Shown here: positions 25,780 through 38,380 of the stretch, one piece after another | Layout: each line of letters opens with the position of its first letter | How positions within the stretch are numbered: the stretch's first letter is position 1 | Assembly (NCBI GenBank): GCA_008632985.1 | Contig: QPGO01000296.1 | Location: forward strand, 1 to 64,000 | DNA from: Psammoneis japonica | Taxonomy: Eukaryota | Length of the DNA: 64,000 nt | Direction: 5' to 3' | The notes under the pieces: generated by a model | What the model was told of the DNA's origin: nothing | Databases searched by the model: none | What the model saw: the letters and a program-made list of their open reading frames with translations, nothing else | Program-made: the position numbers and the translations under genes

Positions 25780-26170
25780 ATTCTGCAACTGGAGAGACAG
25801 CTGAAGTGGTGGATGCATTGTCAGAGATGTGATTGATTCTGCTTTTGATGTTGGTCACTTTTGGTGTCATGATGGCCGCAGTGTCGCTCCAAAACTGCAA
25901 ACGAGACATCAAGGATTTTCAGTCGTGATTGCATGGCGAAGCATGGCAAAAGCAACAAAAGCGCTGTTTCACGTTCTTTCCAACTGCAGAGTCAGGTGAC
26001 TTGGTGGATGCATTGTCAGAGACGCAAGAGCCTCTGCTTTTGATGTTGGCCAGCATTGGCATGACAAAAGTTGCAGCAACACTCCAAAGCTGCAAACGAG
26101 CAACGGCAGGATTTTCGAAAAATCGAAATGTTTTTCAGTTGTGATTGCATGGCAAAGCACGGGAAAATGG
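25780..26170. repeat. ~195-bp diverged direct duplication
   Basis: GGTGGATGCATTGTCAGAGA..CTGCTTTTGATGTTGG..CTGCAAACGAG..GTGATTGCATGGC occurs twice. Confidence 0.7.
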
Positions 26171-26341
26171 TGGTCACTTCATCAATCTCATTGACGACGA
26201 ATGCAAGGCAAATGAAAAAGTTGCCCCCCACTTTAAGACCGCCGCAACACCCTCCATCGACTGAGGTGACTCTCGTTTCGATCCAAGAAAATTCGTCTCT
26301 GCGTGATTTCTGCAGCGTCCCCTCCCACAGCTGCAGCCAAG

Positions 26342-26732
26342 GACGCGCTCCAGCCCTGGGTGGGACTCCGTGTGACATTGGGCCCGCAGAATTCTGCGTG
26401 TGAGCTCCGCGGCACGAGAATTTAATCAATGGATGTGTTTGTCTTCAACATCAAATGAATGGCCAAGTTTGTGGTGCAATTGTGCCTCTTGCCACTCAGC
26501 GTTTTTGCAACTTCGCCTGCCCTGCGCGATTCTCAAGACATTGTAGAATTGCGCTGCAACAAAAAATGTCAAAAGTTGTTGGACGGATCGCTCAACAAGT
26601 GCACCGTAAAATGACACAAAATGTCAAAAAAAATCACGTAGAAATCTGCGTGCGCGACATACGACGAGACTCAAAAAACTGTCGATGTCACAGTTCAGCA
26701 GTGCGAGGTCCCACCCAGACCTGGAACGCATC
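26342..26732 (-). mobile_element. MITE family 1, copy C (inverted, heavily TpA-converted)
   Basis: Full-length reverse-complement match to copy A; 4-bp TSD CAAG on both sides. Confidence 0.9.
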
Positions 26733-27404
26733 CAAGACTGTTTGCTGAGCTGCCAGCTGAGATGTCAAACTTGAGGTTGTGAGCTCCCAGAGCTGCAAGT
26801 CACAGGGCAGAGCATGTTTCTGGAACTGGCAGCACAATGCAGAGCCCTTCCTCAGCTTTCCGGGGTGCGCCCAGACCTCCAGAACACTGGCTGGCCTGTC
26901 CCAGCTCCAGGTGATCTGCTTTTCATTGTGCTGGATTTTCTGCACAGCCAGTTTTCAGCGCCAGACATTTTTGTCTCCACCCGGCAGAGCTCGCACTTTT
27001 TGGCTTTTTGTGAACATCAATTGTTTCGATGATGCAATGCACTCATGATGTCAATGCTCATCTGCAACAACTGAGGTGTGTGTTGCGATGCAGGAAGAAT
27101 CGTGTCAGTTGGCATTCAATGTTTTTCTGGCAATGTGTGGAACAATGCTGCTGACTTCTACGAACATGTGCCATCCACCCAACACCACCCAACACACGCA
27201 CCAACTGTGACGCAGCAGGCCCACACCACTGCTGTCGCCACTCCACAACCCCCTCTTTGCCCTTGTGGTCACATGGAACCGTCTGCTCCTTTTGTTTCAA
27301 AGGTGTGACATTGTCGCCACAATGCGGTTGCGGCTCTAAAGAGTTGCTGTGTCATTGCGGACAATGCCATCTCTTCACATTCTCTTGTTTTGAACTCGGC
27401 AAGG

Positions 27405-29055
27405 TCCTTGAAAGAACTGTTTGTTTTCCTTCCTTGAAACAACGTGTTTGATTCCTTGAAAAGACATGTTTGTTTTCCTTAAAATGACGTGTTTGTTTTC
27501 CATGAAACAACATGATTGTTTTCCTTGAAACGACGTGTTTGTCATGTTTGTTTTCCTTGAAAAGACGTGTTTGTTTTCCTTCCTTGAAACAACATGATTG
27601 TTTTCCTTGAAACAACATGTTTGTTTTCCTTGAAAAAACGTGTTTGTTTTCCTTGAAAAGACATGTTTGTTTTCTTTGCAATTTGAGTGGACATGTTTGT
27701 TTTCCTTGAAAGAACTTGTTTGTTTTCCTTCCTTGAAACAACACGTTTGTTTTCCTTAAAAAGACATGTTTGTTCTCCTTGAAACGACATGTTTGTTTTC
27801 CTTGAAAAGACGTGTTTGTTTTCCTTGAAAAGACACGCTTGTTTTCCTTGAAAAAACATGTTTGTTTCCATTGAAACCACTTGTTTGTTTTCCTTGAAAG
27901 AACATGTTTGTTTTCCTTGAAACAACATGGTTGCTTTCCTTGAAATGACGTGTTTGTTCATCTTGAAACAATGTGTTTGTTTTCCTTGAAATGACTTGTT
28001 TGTTTTCCTTGAAACAACATGTTTGTTTTCCTTCCTTGAAAAGGAAATGTTTGTTTTCCTTGAAACGACATGTTTGTTTTCCTTCAAACGACATGTTTGT
28101 TTTCCTTGAAATGACATGTTTGTTTTCCTTGAAACAACATGATTGTTTTCCTTGAAACAACATGTTTGTTGTCCTTGAAAGCACTTGTTTGTTTTCCTTC
28201 CTTGAAATGACACATTTCATTTTCTTTGAAAAGACATGTTTGTTTTCCTTGAAACGACATGTTTGTTTTCCTTGAAAGAACATGTTTGTTTTCCTTGAAA
28301 TGACGTGTTTGTTTTCCTTGAAAGAACATGTTTGTTTTCCTTGAAACAGCTTGTTTGTTTTCCTTGAAACGACATGTTTGTTTTCTTTGAAACAACATGT
28401 TTGTTTTCCCTGAAACAACATGTTTGTTTTCCTTGAAGAGACATGTTTGTTTTCCTTGCAATTTAAAAAGACATGTTTGTTTTCCTTGAAAGAACTTGTT
28501 TGTTTTCCTTCCTTGAAACAACACGTTTGTTTTCCTTGAAAAGACGTGTTTGTTTTCCTTGAAATGACGTGTTTGTTTTCCTTGAAATGACGTGTTTGTT
28601 TTCCTTCAAACAACATGTTTGTTTTCCTTGCAATTTAAAAAGACATGTTCGTTTTCCTTGAAAGAACTTGTTTGTTTTCCTTGAAACAACATGTTTGTTT
28701 CACTTGAAACAACATGTTTGTTTTCCTTGAAATGACATGTTTGTTTTCCTTGAAAAGACATGTTTCTTTTCCTTGAAACAATGTGTTTGTTTTTCTTGAA
28801 ACAACATGTTTGTTTTCTTTGAAACAACATGTTTGTTTTCCCTGAAACAACATGTTTGTTTTCCTTGAAGAGAATGTTTGTTTTCCTTGAAAAGATATGT
28901 TTGTTTTCCATGAAACTGCTTCATTGTTTTCCTTGAAACCACTTGTTTGTTTTTCTTGAAAGAACCTGTTTGCTTTCCTTGAAAAGTCACGCTTGCTTTC
29001 CTTGAAAAGACATGTTTGCTTTCCTTGAAAAGACATGTTTGTTTTCCTTGAAAAG
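27405..29055 (+). repeat. 23-bp satellite array 1 (~70 units), consensus CCTTGAAA[CA/TG/CG/AG]ACATGTTTGTTTT
   Basis: Tandem periodicity is directly visible; the ORF track cycles every 23 aa (3 units). Confidence 0.95.
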
Positions 29056-29127
29056 AAAAAAAAACCGTGCCCATGCACAGATTGCCACTGCAAAGTGCGC
29101 CAGATGGGGTTGTCACACTTTTGACCA

Positions 29128-30240
29128 GTGCGCTCAACGCCATCAGATGGCTCAAACGACTTGTCCTGGCTCAATGAGCCGGTGGCCAAGACAAAGAAGG
29201 TCTCTGACTTTCTCAAGGGTGTCTCCGACCCTGGGTTGGAGACTGGTGAGAGTGCAGTGGACGGAGATCCAACAAAGCCAGCAGATTTCAAAGCATGCCA
29301 GCAGCATGTGAAGACTCTGGCAGAGAATGCCAAGAACCGCAATGCTGGTGCTCACGGAGTCACATCCGTCCAATGCTGCAACAACCGGCACAGAAACCCT
29401 GGTGGCAAGCACCAACCTAAAAAGGACAAGCCCAGGATCTGGGCAGGCCATTGCCCCATTGAAGAGTGGAGTGCTCTTGGCCGTCCTGAGCAAGAGCAAG
29501 TTGAGAAGCTCCACAAGGCCAAGAAAGCCGAGAAGAAACACAAAGCCTCAGCTGCATCCTCGGAGGCTGAGTCAGTCAATGCCGACACTCGTGCTGTGAA
29601 AAAGGTGGCTGTTGCCAAGCCTCAACCTGCTGATGAACAAAAGGACTCCAAAGAGTCAGGTGGGCTGCCTGCTGCCAATGCAGGCACGCAGTTTAGACGC
29701 AGTGCACATGAGAAACCTCAGAAGGAGGAGTGAACAGTTGCGCCAGCACCAAAAGGCATGGAACCAACTGTTGCTGCACCTGCTGGCACTGTGCATTCAT
29801 CCAGGCGATTCCCAACAGACACACGTGTCTCTTTGTCATCTGCTGGACATTCAGATGGTGAAGCAACCAACAACTTGGACTCGCACGCTGATGCATGTGC
29901 TGTTGGGTCCAATTTTGTCATGTGCTCTGATGTCGACTGCACTGTTGCAGCACATCCTTGCTCCAAAGAGTGCGCGCCAATGAGGAATGTTCCCATTTGC
30001 ATGACTGCTGCCATGTGGGTTGATCAAACCAATGGACAGCCACACCTGCTGCCAGTCCATGAGGCTGTGTTTTTTGGGGACAGAATGACTGACACCCTGC
30101 TGTCCACGACACCCCTCGCCAGTTTGATCCCAACAGCACACACTCTGTTGTTTTCCTTGACTCAAAAATCTGGGTGCCTTTGCACATGCGAGGTGTTGCT
30201 TTGGTCTTTGACCCACATGATCCAACTCAGAAGGATCTGG
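29128..30240 (+). pseudogene. Copia (diatom CoDi-type) gag-protease fragment
   Basis: KKVSDFLKGVSDP..DFKACQQH (gag); LDSHADACAVGSN..HPCSKECAPMRNVPI..EAVFFGDRM (protease region with Y->C/H). Confidence 0.75.
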
Positions 30241-30279
30241 AGAACCTCCCCCGGCTGGAACTCGCATCACCCCTCACTG

Positions 30280-31864
30280 TGCTTTGAAGTGGGGATGCTT
30301 GCGCAACCGCTGGAAAGACATTGTCAACGTGATGATCTTTAAAGAACCAGGGAACAACAAAGTCCATCGACTGCAGGTCACAAACATGTGTGAAGCAGAC
30401 CATCAAATCATCACGAGTGTGAAATGGCAAGAATTGGCACAGCAAATGGAGCACCACTGGATGTGCAATCCCGGCATTTGTGGATGCCGCTCATTCCTTT
30501 CTGCCCAGACTCCTGTGTTTCTTGAGAACTTGACATCAGAAATGTCGTGAGCTTCTCGAAAGACAGCGCCAATGAGTGATGATGATTGTGCCTCTTGCTT
30601 TGACAGAAACATTCCCGTGCTGGTCGGACTTTGCTCTTGGAGAACAGCGTGCACTCACAAGTTGTTGAAGTTGACATGGGCACTCTGTGTCATGCCAGGC
30701 ACTGGCTGCAAACCCTGCTGGGCTCAATTCAGCTGAGTTGTTCCCACACAGAAGATTTGCCTCTGTGCGGCACAGGGCAAGGTGGTGGAAATTCCCCATG
30801 GCATTGGAACACCCTCTGCAACCGTCTTTTTGACATTTTTGATGCCAGAGCGATTGGAGCTCATTTTGAAACCCCTGACGGCCAATTTTACATCCGAGTC
30901 TTTAACCGAGGATGCGCAGATGATGCGTCCAAACAAGCCAATGACTGCCGAGCAAGTCCTCTGCCTTCGGCGTTTGATCTGTCCTTTTCTTTGCAACAGG
31001 AGAGTCAACTCCCAAGTCCCACTCTGGCACTCAACTCTCAGACTCAGTTGAAGAAACTCCAACACAAGAGTGACACTGGCTGCAGCTCTTTTCCTTTGAT
31101 CTTGTCCACTTGATCATGCGGGAACATGGAGATGCTGCTGTGCATGTCATCTCTCCTCAATGACCTGTGTTCTCCCTGACTCAACCTTTCTCCCTGAAGA
31201 GTTGCTCACCACTCAACAGAAAGCAATGCGGGTCACATTTGCCAAATGTGGGTGCAACTGAAGCACAAAAAAACTCATCTTGTGTGGTCCACAAGCTCTT
31301 GGCAGCAATGGTTTTTGATCGCCAGACATCAAACAAGGAGTTGCTCAATTGCAAATGCTGCTCAAGCATTCCAGAGGTGTCACACATCTTCATCTGGGAG
31401 AGGATCAACCCCACAAATTGCTGCACATTGCAGTCTCATGGATCTAGCTGAACTTGGGGACAGGCGTGAGCTTCTTGTGGGGTGCAGATGCTGTTCTCCC
31501 GCACATGGAATCATGTTGGTTTGCATCCGTTTGTGCGTTCTTGCACGGGATTCAAGGGAAAGTTTGCCTGACACACTCTGGAGTCCTCCCTCTCCAATGA
31601 GACAACAACCAGCACATCATGGATGCTGCACTCCAGCCCCAACTCTTTTCTCAGCGTGAGGTCCAATGGACCAATTGTTGTTTGCATCTGCAGGTGTTGT
31701 CCTTGTCTGATGTTGCTCTGGCAGATGACTTGACATTGGATGCTGCAAAGATGGCAGGAGATCCTTTGCTCCAGAGTGGTGCCAGAACTATGAACAACAT
31801 TGAGCAGCAGAAACCAGAGACAAGAGCCTGGGCAGCGTGGAGAAAAGTTCTGCGCTTTCTTGTG
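30280..31864 (+). pseudogene. Non-LTR retrotransposon RT fragment (diatom LINE, possibly Ambal-like)
   Basis: RWKDIVNVMIFKEPGNNKVHRL..CEADH, DDDCASCFDR, LCGTGQGGGNSP and GCADD (from YADD). Confidence 0.8.
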
Positions 31865-32445
31865 ATGTCATTTCAAGGAAAACAAACATGTTGTTTCAAG
31901 GAAAACAAACGTGTTGTTTCATGGAAAACAAACGTGTTGTTTCAAGGAAAACAAACATGTCATTTCAAGGAAAACAAACATGTCATTTCAAGGAAAACAA
32001 ACATGTTGTTTCAAGGAAAACAAATGTGTTGTTTCGCGGAAAACAAACGTGTTGTTTCACAGAAAACAAACATGCCATTTCAAGAAAAACAAACATGTCA
32101 TTTCAAGGAAAAAAACATGTCATTTCAAGGAAACAAACGTGTCATTTCAAGGAAGGAAAACAAACAAGTTCTTTCAAGGAAAACAAAGATGTCTTTGTGA
32201 CGAAAACAAACATGTCTTTTCAAGGAAAACAAACATGTTGTTTTGAAGGAAAACAAATGAGTTCTTGCAAGGAAAACAAACAAGTTGTTGCAAACAAAAG
32301 AAACAAGTTGTTGCAAGGAAAACAAACATGTCTTTTCAAGGAAAACAAACATGTTGTTTCAAGGAAAACAAACATGTTGTTTCACGGAAAACAAACAAGT
32401 TGTTGCAAGGAAAACAAACATGTCGCTTCAAGGAAAACAAACATG
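31865..32445 (-). repeat. 23-bp satellite array 2 (~25 units, inverted orientation)
   Basis: AAAACAAACATGTxxTTTCAAGG units. Confidence 0.95.
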
Positions 32446-32559
32446 CAAAAAAGAAAAAAGAGAAAATCTGTTGGCAGCGCTGCCAGCGAAACATGTTGTT
32501 CACAAACACATGCCTCTGACACAAAGAACACTTTTCCACGATGCTGTGTTGCTGAGATT

Positions 32560-33120
32560 GGCACCATGTTGTGCTTGCAGCCTGCTCTTGGTTTGCTTGG
32601 AGAGAGAAGGCAGATGCAATGTTCCCAACAAATGTGCTGAGGATGGCTTTGCTTTTGGAATTTGGTTGGACAACCAATGGCCACAAAACACAAGCTCGGC
32701 AAGCTCAACATTGAAAAAGAAGAAAAAGTTGAGGAGGCTGGTGTTGAGTGGCTCATGTGGGAAAATCAATTGGGCACAATGCCCTCTCTTCTCAAGCAAC
32801 TCACAAAATGGGAGGGGACTTTGTAACATGCCAAGGGGCCACAAAGAGGATGGGGAGAACCTTGGAAAATGGTCAAGTGACCAATGGGGTGCCACAAGGA
32901 AAAGGAAACTTGATGCTTCTCAACAGGAATGACAGAAGAAGGCCAGAGCCAAGTGGGACATTCTTGCTGAGCATCAGGAGACTGTGTTTTCTCTTCTCAA
33001 ACAGTTTGTGGTGCATGAGGGAAGCTGCAAAGTGCCCCATTGTCACACTGAAAATGGAGAGAGACTTGGACATTGGTTGGACATGCAAAAGCAAGCATGG
33101 AAGGCTGGAAGACTGAAGAA
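32560..33120 (+). pseudogene. Degenerate helicase-associated (HA) domain repeats
   Basis: GRCNVPNKCAEDGFAFGIWLDNQ, CNMPRGHKEDGENLGKWSSDQ and GSCKVPHCHTENGERLGHWLDMQK match the HA pattern G.C.VP..Y....LG.W...QR. Confidence 0.7.
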
Positions 33121-33443
33121 CAGCCACACAAACCGCAAAGACTCACAACCACTCAGAACGCTGCACACTGCCCTGGCGAGTGCAGGAGGTTCTCAACAAC
33201 CCAACAGGCAAAGAAGTTGCCACTTGGCTGGCTGTTGAGTCCCTTCTCCGCGCACACATTTGGGCGTGTGTTGTGCGCAGCATTGTCACACAGCATTTGT
33301 CCAACTCTCCCTCTCGTCGCAGGATGGGTTGTCACCATGTGGCGCATCCGCACGGAGGACTCACGAATTTGGCCATGCACTCCCCATGTTGGGCAGGATG
33401 GGCCAGCGCCATGTGGCGCATCCGGCCAAGGGAGGAGTGGGCT

Positions 33444-33828
33444 NNNNNNNNNNNNNNNNNNNNNNNNNNNNNNNNNNNNNNNNNNNNNNNNNNNNNNNNN
33501 NNNNNNNNNNNNNNNNNNNNNNNNNNNNNNNNNNNNNNNNNNNNNNNNNNNNNNNNNNNNNNNNNNNNNNNNNNNNNNNNNNNNNNNNNNNNNNNNNNNN
33601 NNNNNNNNNNNNNNNNNNNNNNNNNNNNNNNNNNNNNNNNNNNNNNNNNNNNNNNNNNNNNNNNNNNNNNNNNNNNNNNNNNNNNNNNNNNNNNNNNNNN
33701 NNNNNNNNNNNNNNNNNNNNNNNNNNNNNNNNNNNNNNNNNNNNNNNNNNNNNNNNNNNNNNNNNNNNNNNNNNNNNNNNNNNNNNNNNNNNNNNNNNNN
33801 NNNNNNNNNNNNNNNNNNNNNNNNNNNN
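33444..33828. other. Assembly gap
   Basis: N run. Confidence 1.
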
Positions 33829-34925
33829 GTTTGTTTTCCTTGAAATGACATGTTTGTTTTCCTTGAAATGACATGTTTGTTTTTCTTCAAATGACATGTT
33901 GTTTCCTTGAAACCACATGTTCGTTTTCCTTGAACGACACGTTTTTCCTTGAAAAGACATGTTTGTTTTCCTTGAAACGACATGTTTGTTTTTCTTTAAA
34001 CGACATGTTTGTTTTCCTTGAAACCACATGTTCGTTTTCCTTGAAATGACACGTTCGTTTTCCTTGAAAAGACATGTTTGTTTTCTTTGAAACGACATGT
34101 TTGTTTTCCTTGAAAAGACATGTTTGTTTTCTCTGAAACCACATGTTTGTTTTCCCTGAAACGACACATTTGTTTTCCTTGAAAAGACATGTTTGTTTTC
34201 CTGAAAAACATGTTTGTTTTCCTTGAAAAGACATGTTTGTTTTCCTTGAAACGACACGTTTGTTTTCCTTGAAACGACATGTTTGGTTTCTTTGAAACCA
34301 CATGTTTGTTTTTCTTGAAAACGCATGTTTGATTTCCTTGAAATGACATGTTTGTGTTCCTTGAAATGACATGTTTGTTTTCCTTGAAAAGACATGTTTG
34401 TTTTCCTTGAAATGACATGTTTGTTTTCCCTGAAACGACATGTCTGTTTTCCTTGAAACCACATGTTTGTTTTCCTTGAAAACACATGTTTGTTTTCCTT
34501 GAAACAACATGTTTGTTTTCCTGAAAAGACATGTTTGTTTTCCTTGAAAACACATGTTTGTTTTCCTTGAAACGACATGTTTGTTTTCCTTGAAAAGACA
34601 CATTTTTTTCCTTGAAACGACACATTTGTTTTCACTGAAAACACGTGTTTGTTTTCCTTGAAACGACATGTTTGTTTTCAAGACATGTTTGTTTTCCTTG
34701 AAAAACATGTTTGTTTTCCTTGAAAAGACATGTTTGTTTTCATTGAAAAGACATGTTTGTTTTCCTTGAAAAGACACATTTGTTTTCCTTGAAACGACAC
34801 GTTTGTTTTCCTTGAAAAAACGTGTTTGTTTTCCTTGAAAAGACATGTTTGTTTTCCTTGAAATGACACGTTTGTTTTCCTTAAAACCACGTGTTTGTTT
34901 TTCTTGAAATGACACGTTTGTTTTG
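33829..34925 (+). repeat. 23-bp satellite array 3 (about 47 units, left end in gap)
   Basis: Same unit as array 1. Confidence 0.95.
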
Positions 34926-35404
34926 TCTGGGGTTGCATGAAAAATCGAAATTTTCATTTTCCCCTGTTTTCACGTGTTTTCAAACATTTTGACTGAAGAA
35001 AAGTCGTCGTGCAGAGAAAGGGGGGCACAACTGATGTCGGTCGTCCATCATCTCGAGCATGCAATGGATGGCACCACGTGAGTGCGAGTCAGAGAGGGGG
35101 CAGCCAAATGTCGCGCCTTGTGACGTGCGCATCAGAAGCTCACTGCTCGCACCCCTGACGTCAGTGCTCTCGTCTCAATCGCTGTCGGTCTCGCTCATCA
35201 TTCGACCCACCAACGAGCTGACGTGCTGGGTGGGAGACATCATTGTTGTCTTCACGTCTGTTGATTCAGCAGCAGCCTCAGTCATTGTAACTTTTAACGC
35301 TGAGACCGAACTGCTGGACAAAGTTTTGCTGTTTTGCTCATGCATTGCGAAGCCCAACGAAAATTTTTTGCAGACAAGACAAACTGGCTCTCTTGCAGCT
35401 ATGA

Positions 35405-36386
35405 CTAAAGAAATGTCACAACAAATGTTGCAAAATGTCCTAATTTCTTAATGGGTTCCCATTCATCTAAGTATTCTACTTCAAAGGGTGTGTATCCCAT
35501 CATAATGGAAAGCTGTGTGATGTTCGCCACTGCTTGGAAGGCAAGGTGATGCGTTAATCGATCATGACGATACGTTCTTGTCATTATTTGGAAGCGCTTG
35601 AACCAACCGTTGACAGCTTCGTGGCGGGCGCGAGCGACGGTCTTCATGTATTGGTCGGCATTGCGCAGGCCGGTCGGGGCCACACAATACTGGTGTCCGT
35701 CACTATATGCCCCATCAGCTAAGTAAAACTCTCCATCTTGAAGTTCATAATTGATCGCCTCTCGTGCTATACTCAAATCAGGAATGCCAGCTGGGTAGGG
35801 GCCATTCACCCAAACTATCCAACCTGTCTGAATACATATGGCGATTTCGTACCTAAGCCCTGCGCCGTTGAATTTATGCGAATACCAGATGGGATCGAAC
35901 GGCGATGGTTCGTTGATGCGAAAGTCAGTGCCGTCCACCGTCACCTTGCATACACTGCCATTATCATCCATAAACCTGTTCTCCCAATCAATCTGTGATG
36001 AAATTATGGCGAATCAAATATCAGTACATTGATTTTCAAAGAGAAATTGGAGTCATGGTACGTACCAAGTTCAAATTCGCAATTAGCGCTATCCCAACCC
36101 ACACCCATTTTCTCAACGTATCCTCGTGTATGCCACCGCAGATTCTGGCCATTATGGTTTCAGTGTCATACAGTTTCAGAAAACAAAATGTGTACAATAA
36201 ATGAATGGGTAGAAATCCGCGTGGGATGTTGCCATCATCTTCAAGAAGGCCCCACAACTCACACACTACGTCTCGCGGAGAGCAGAAGTACGAGGCAAAT
36301 CTGCGGTTCCAAATCCGTTGTGACCTCATCGGCCTCTGGATGACTGTCCCCGCAAGATAATCTACTGTGGCTTTGGGTAGGCGCAT
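35405..36386 (-). CDS. DDE transposase (DDE_Tnp_4, Harbinger/ISL2EU-like), apparently intact; intron 35993-36065
   Basis: VTVDGTDF, YSHKF, LADGAY and ARARHEAVNGWFK. GT-AG splicing joins the two ORFs in frame (LNL/IDWENRF). Confidence 0.85.
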
Positions 36387-36587
36387 TTGTATGGTGAGTA
36401 ATATAGACGTGTGTTGCGCGTATGATGTTTTATGTTATATGCTAACAAGATTGCTGCGGCGCCAGTTCCGTGCAGCAGTGTTTTTGTTGCCGTATCATAG
36501 GTGGATTGATGGTCGGGTAGGGTTCTCATTCGTTTCCAACGTCTAAAAACAATGCTCTGATGTTAGGCCTTTTAGAGAGATTCCCTT

Positions 36588-37068
36588 CGGGAACGCTTTT
36601 GGTGCGGTTTCGGAACGCTTTTGGTGCGGTCCCGGAACGGTGGAAACACGGGAATGATGAAATGCCTATTTCGTCGAATGGTATTTCCGTGTTGGAGCTA
36701 TTGGCGGTTGTTATAGATATGGTTTAGTGTCAAACAATACTAGTAGTTACAATAATACTTTATAGTTCAACTTATAGCCACTGTAAATCAAAATTATTGA
36801 GACTTCTAACAGCCGTTCTTTTTCTTAGAGAAAATGGTAACCTGTTTTGACGGGTGTACCTTTTTGCAATAAATCCATCTAATCTGTTAAACTTTTACAC
36901 TATTGTGCCATACTCAAATAGTTCTAACAATAGTGCACTAATTACAATGCATCATATGTCTCATTGCCAGATTAAGAGGCTCCAAAGTTTGATTTCCGCG
37001 CGAATTAGTGTAATCGAGAACGTTCTCGGAACGGTTTTGGAACGCTTTTGGAACGCTTTTGGAACGGT
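36588..37068. repeat. Two clusters of GGAACGCTTTT-like motifs between the divergent transposon ORFs
   Basis: Tandem copies at 36588-36640 and 37017-37068. Confidence 0.6.
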
Positions 37069-37279
37069 ATGCAAGGGAATCTTGAGCTCCAATACTTCAC
37101 AATAGTCCCCCCCGATAGGCCTTTTTTTGGTTTTGGCGGTTGTAGCAATTTCAAATTTGCCGGGACTTGTATGTGTGGGATTGACTGTCCCACATAGAGA
37201 GTTGAGACGGTCGTGAACAATTCAAATCGGAGTTCGGGATTCGATGCGAACCTTGCCGTAGTGTGCCGAGTAAGCAACA

Positions 37280-37643
37280 NNNNNNNNNNNNNNNNNNNNN
37301 NNNNNNNNNNNNNNNNNNNNNNNNNNNNNNNNNNNNNNNNNNNNNNNNNNNNNNNNNNNNNNNNNNNNNNNNNNNNNNNNNNNNNNNNNNNNNNNNNNNN
37401 NNNNNNNNNNNNNNNNNNNNNNNNNNNNNNNNNNNNNNNNNNNNNNNNNNNNNNNNNNNNNNNNNNNNNNNNNNNNNNNNNNNNNNNNNNNNNNNNNNNN
37501 NNNNNNNNNNNNNNNNNNNNNNNNNNNNNNNNNNNNNNNNNNNNNNNNNNNNNNNNNNNNNNNNNNNNNNNNNNNNNNNNNNNNNNNNNNNNNNNNNNNN
37601 NNNNNNNNNNNNNNNNNNNNNNNNNNNNNNNNNNNNNNNNNNN
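37280..37643. other. Assembly gap
   Basis: N run. Confidence 1.
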
Positions 37644-37734
37644 AAGTGTCGCCACATGCTGCACTTTGTCAAATGAAACAGAATGCACTCTCATGTTGCT
37701 CTTTTTTTCTCTTGACTGTTGTCCACTTGTTTCA

Positions 37735-38380
37735 AAAGGGGAAGACCTCGACATGGATGAGGACGAGCTCTTAGCCGACGTCGGCCTGCTGTCAGCCAAG
37801 GAAACTGGCAGTTTTGCAGCTGTCGCCCCCACTGCTTTGGACCCCCCAGCATTTGAGGACGACCAGACATTCAAGCCCATGGTTTTGCAGGCGACCTGCA
37901 AGGATTCTGTCAACAAGACAGACCATGTGGTGCTGGTGATTGTAGCTCCCTCAGGAGCATGCACTGAGGACCTTTCTAGCTTCAAGCTCGCGGTGACGGG
38001 TGGCGGTTGGTTTTTACAGTGCACCTCCGAGTGGCCGGGTCACAGCATGGACATGGACTCACTCCATGCTGTGCTGGTGGAGGAGGCACAATCCCAAGGA
38101 GACCAAGAGCTCAGGGATGTGCACAAGCGCCTGGAGGCACTTTCGGATCAGTTGTCCTCCATGAGGTTGTCAGACAGCGATGTCTTGGCGTCAACAGCCA
38201 CTGTTCCTTTGCCCATCAAAGTGTCGAAAAAGATCAACAAGGTTCATCTTTTGGGGGGCAAGGATGGTTCAAGAATTGTGTGTGTTGACCTCAAAGCTGA
38301 GGACTCAACATGCCGCTCTATGGAGAGCCCCAAGGTTGTGTTGATTGACGGCACTACTTGCATGGCGAAGTGGGGTGCGC
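37735..38380 (+). pseudogene. Putative second (accessory) ORF of the Harbinger-like element, TpA-converted
   Basis: Long protein-like frame inside the TIRs, divergent from the transposase and almost Tyr-free. Confidence 0.5.

Noticed and set aside
27405..34925. CRISPR array or repetitive protein genes (KENKHV../QGKQT.. ORFs)
   Set aside because: Units are head-to-tail with no unique spacers and no cas genes; the ORFs are satellite translations lacking stops.
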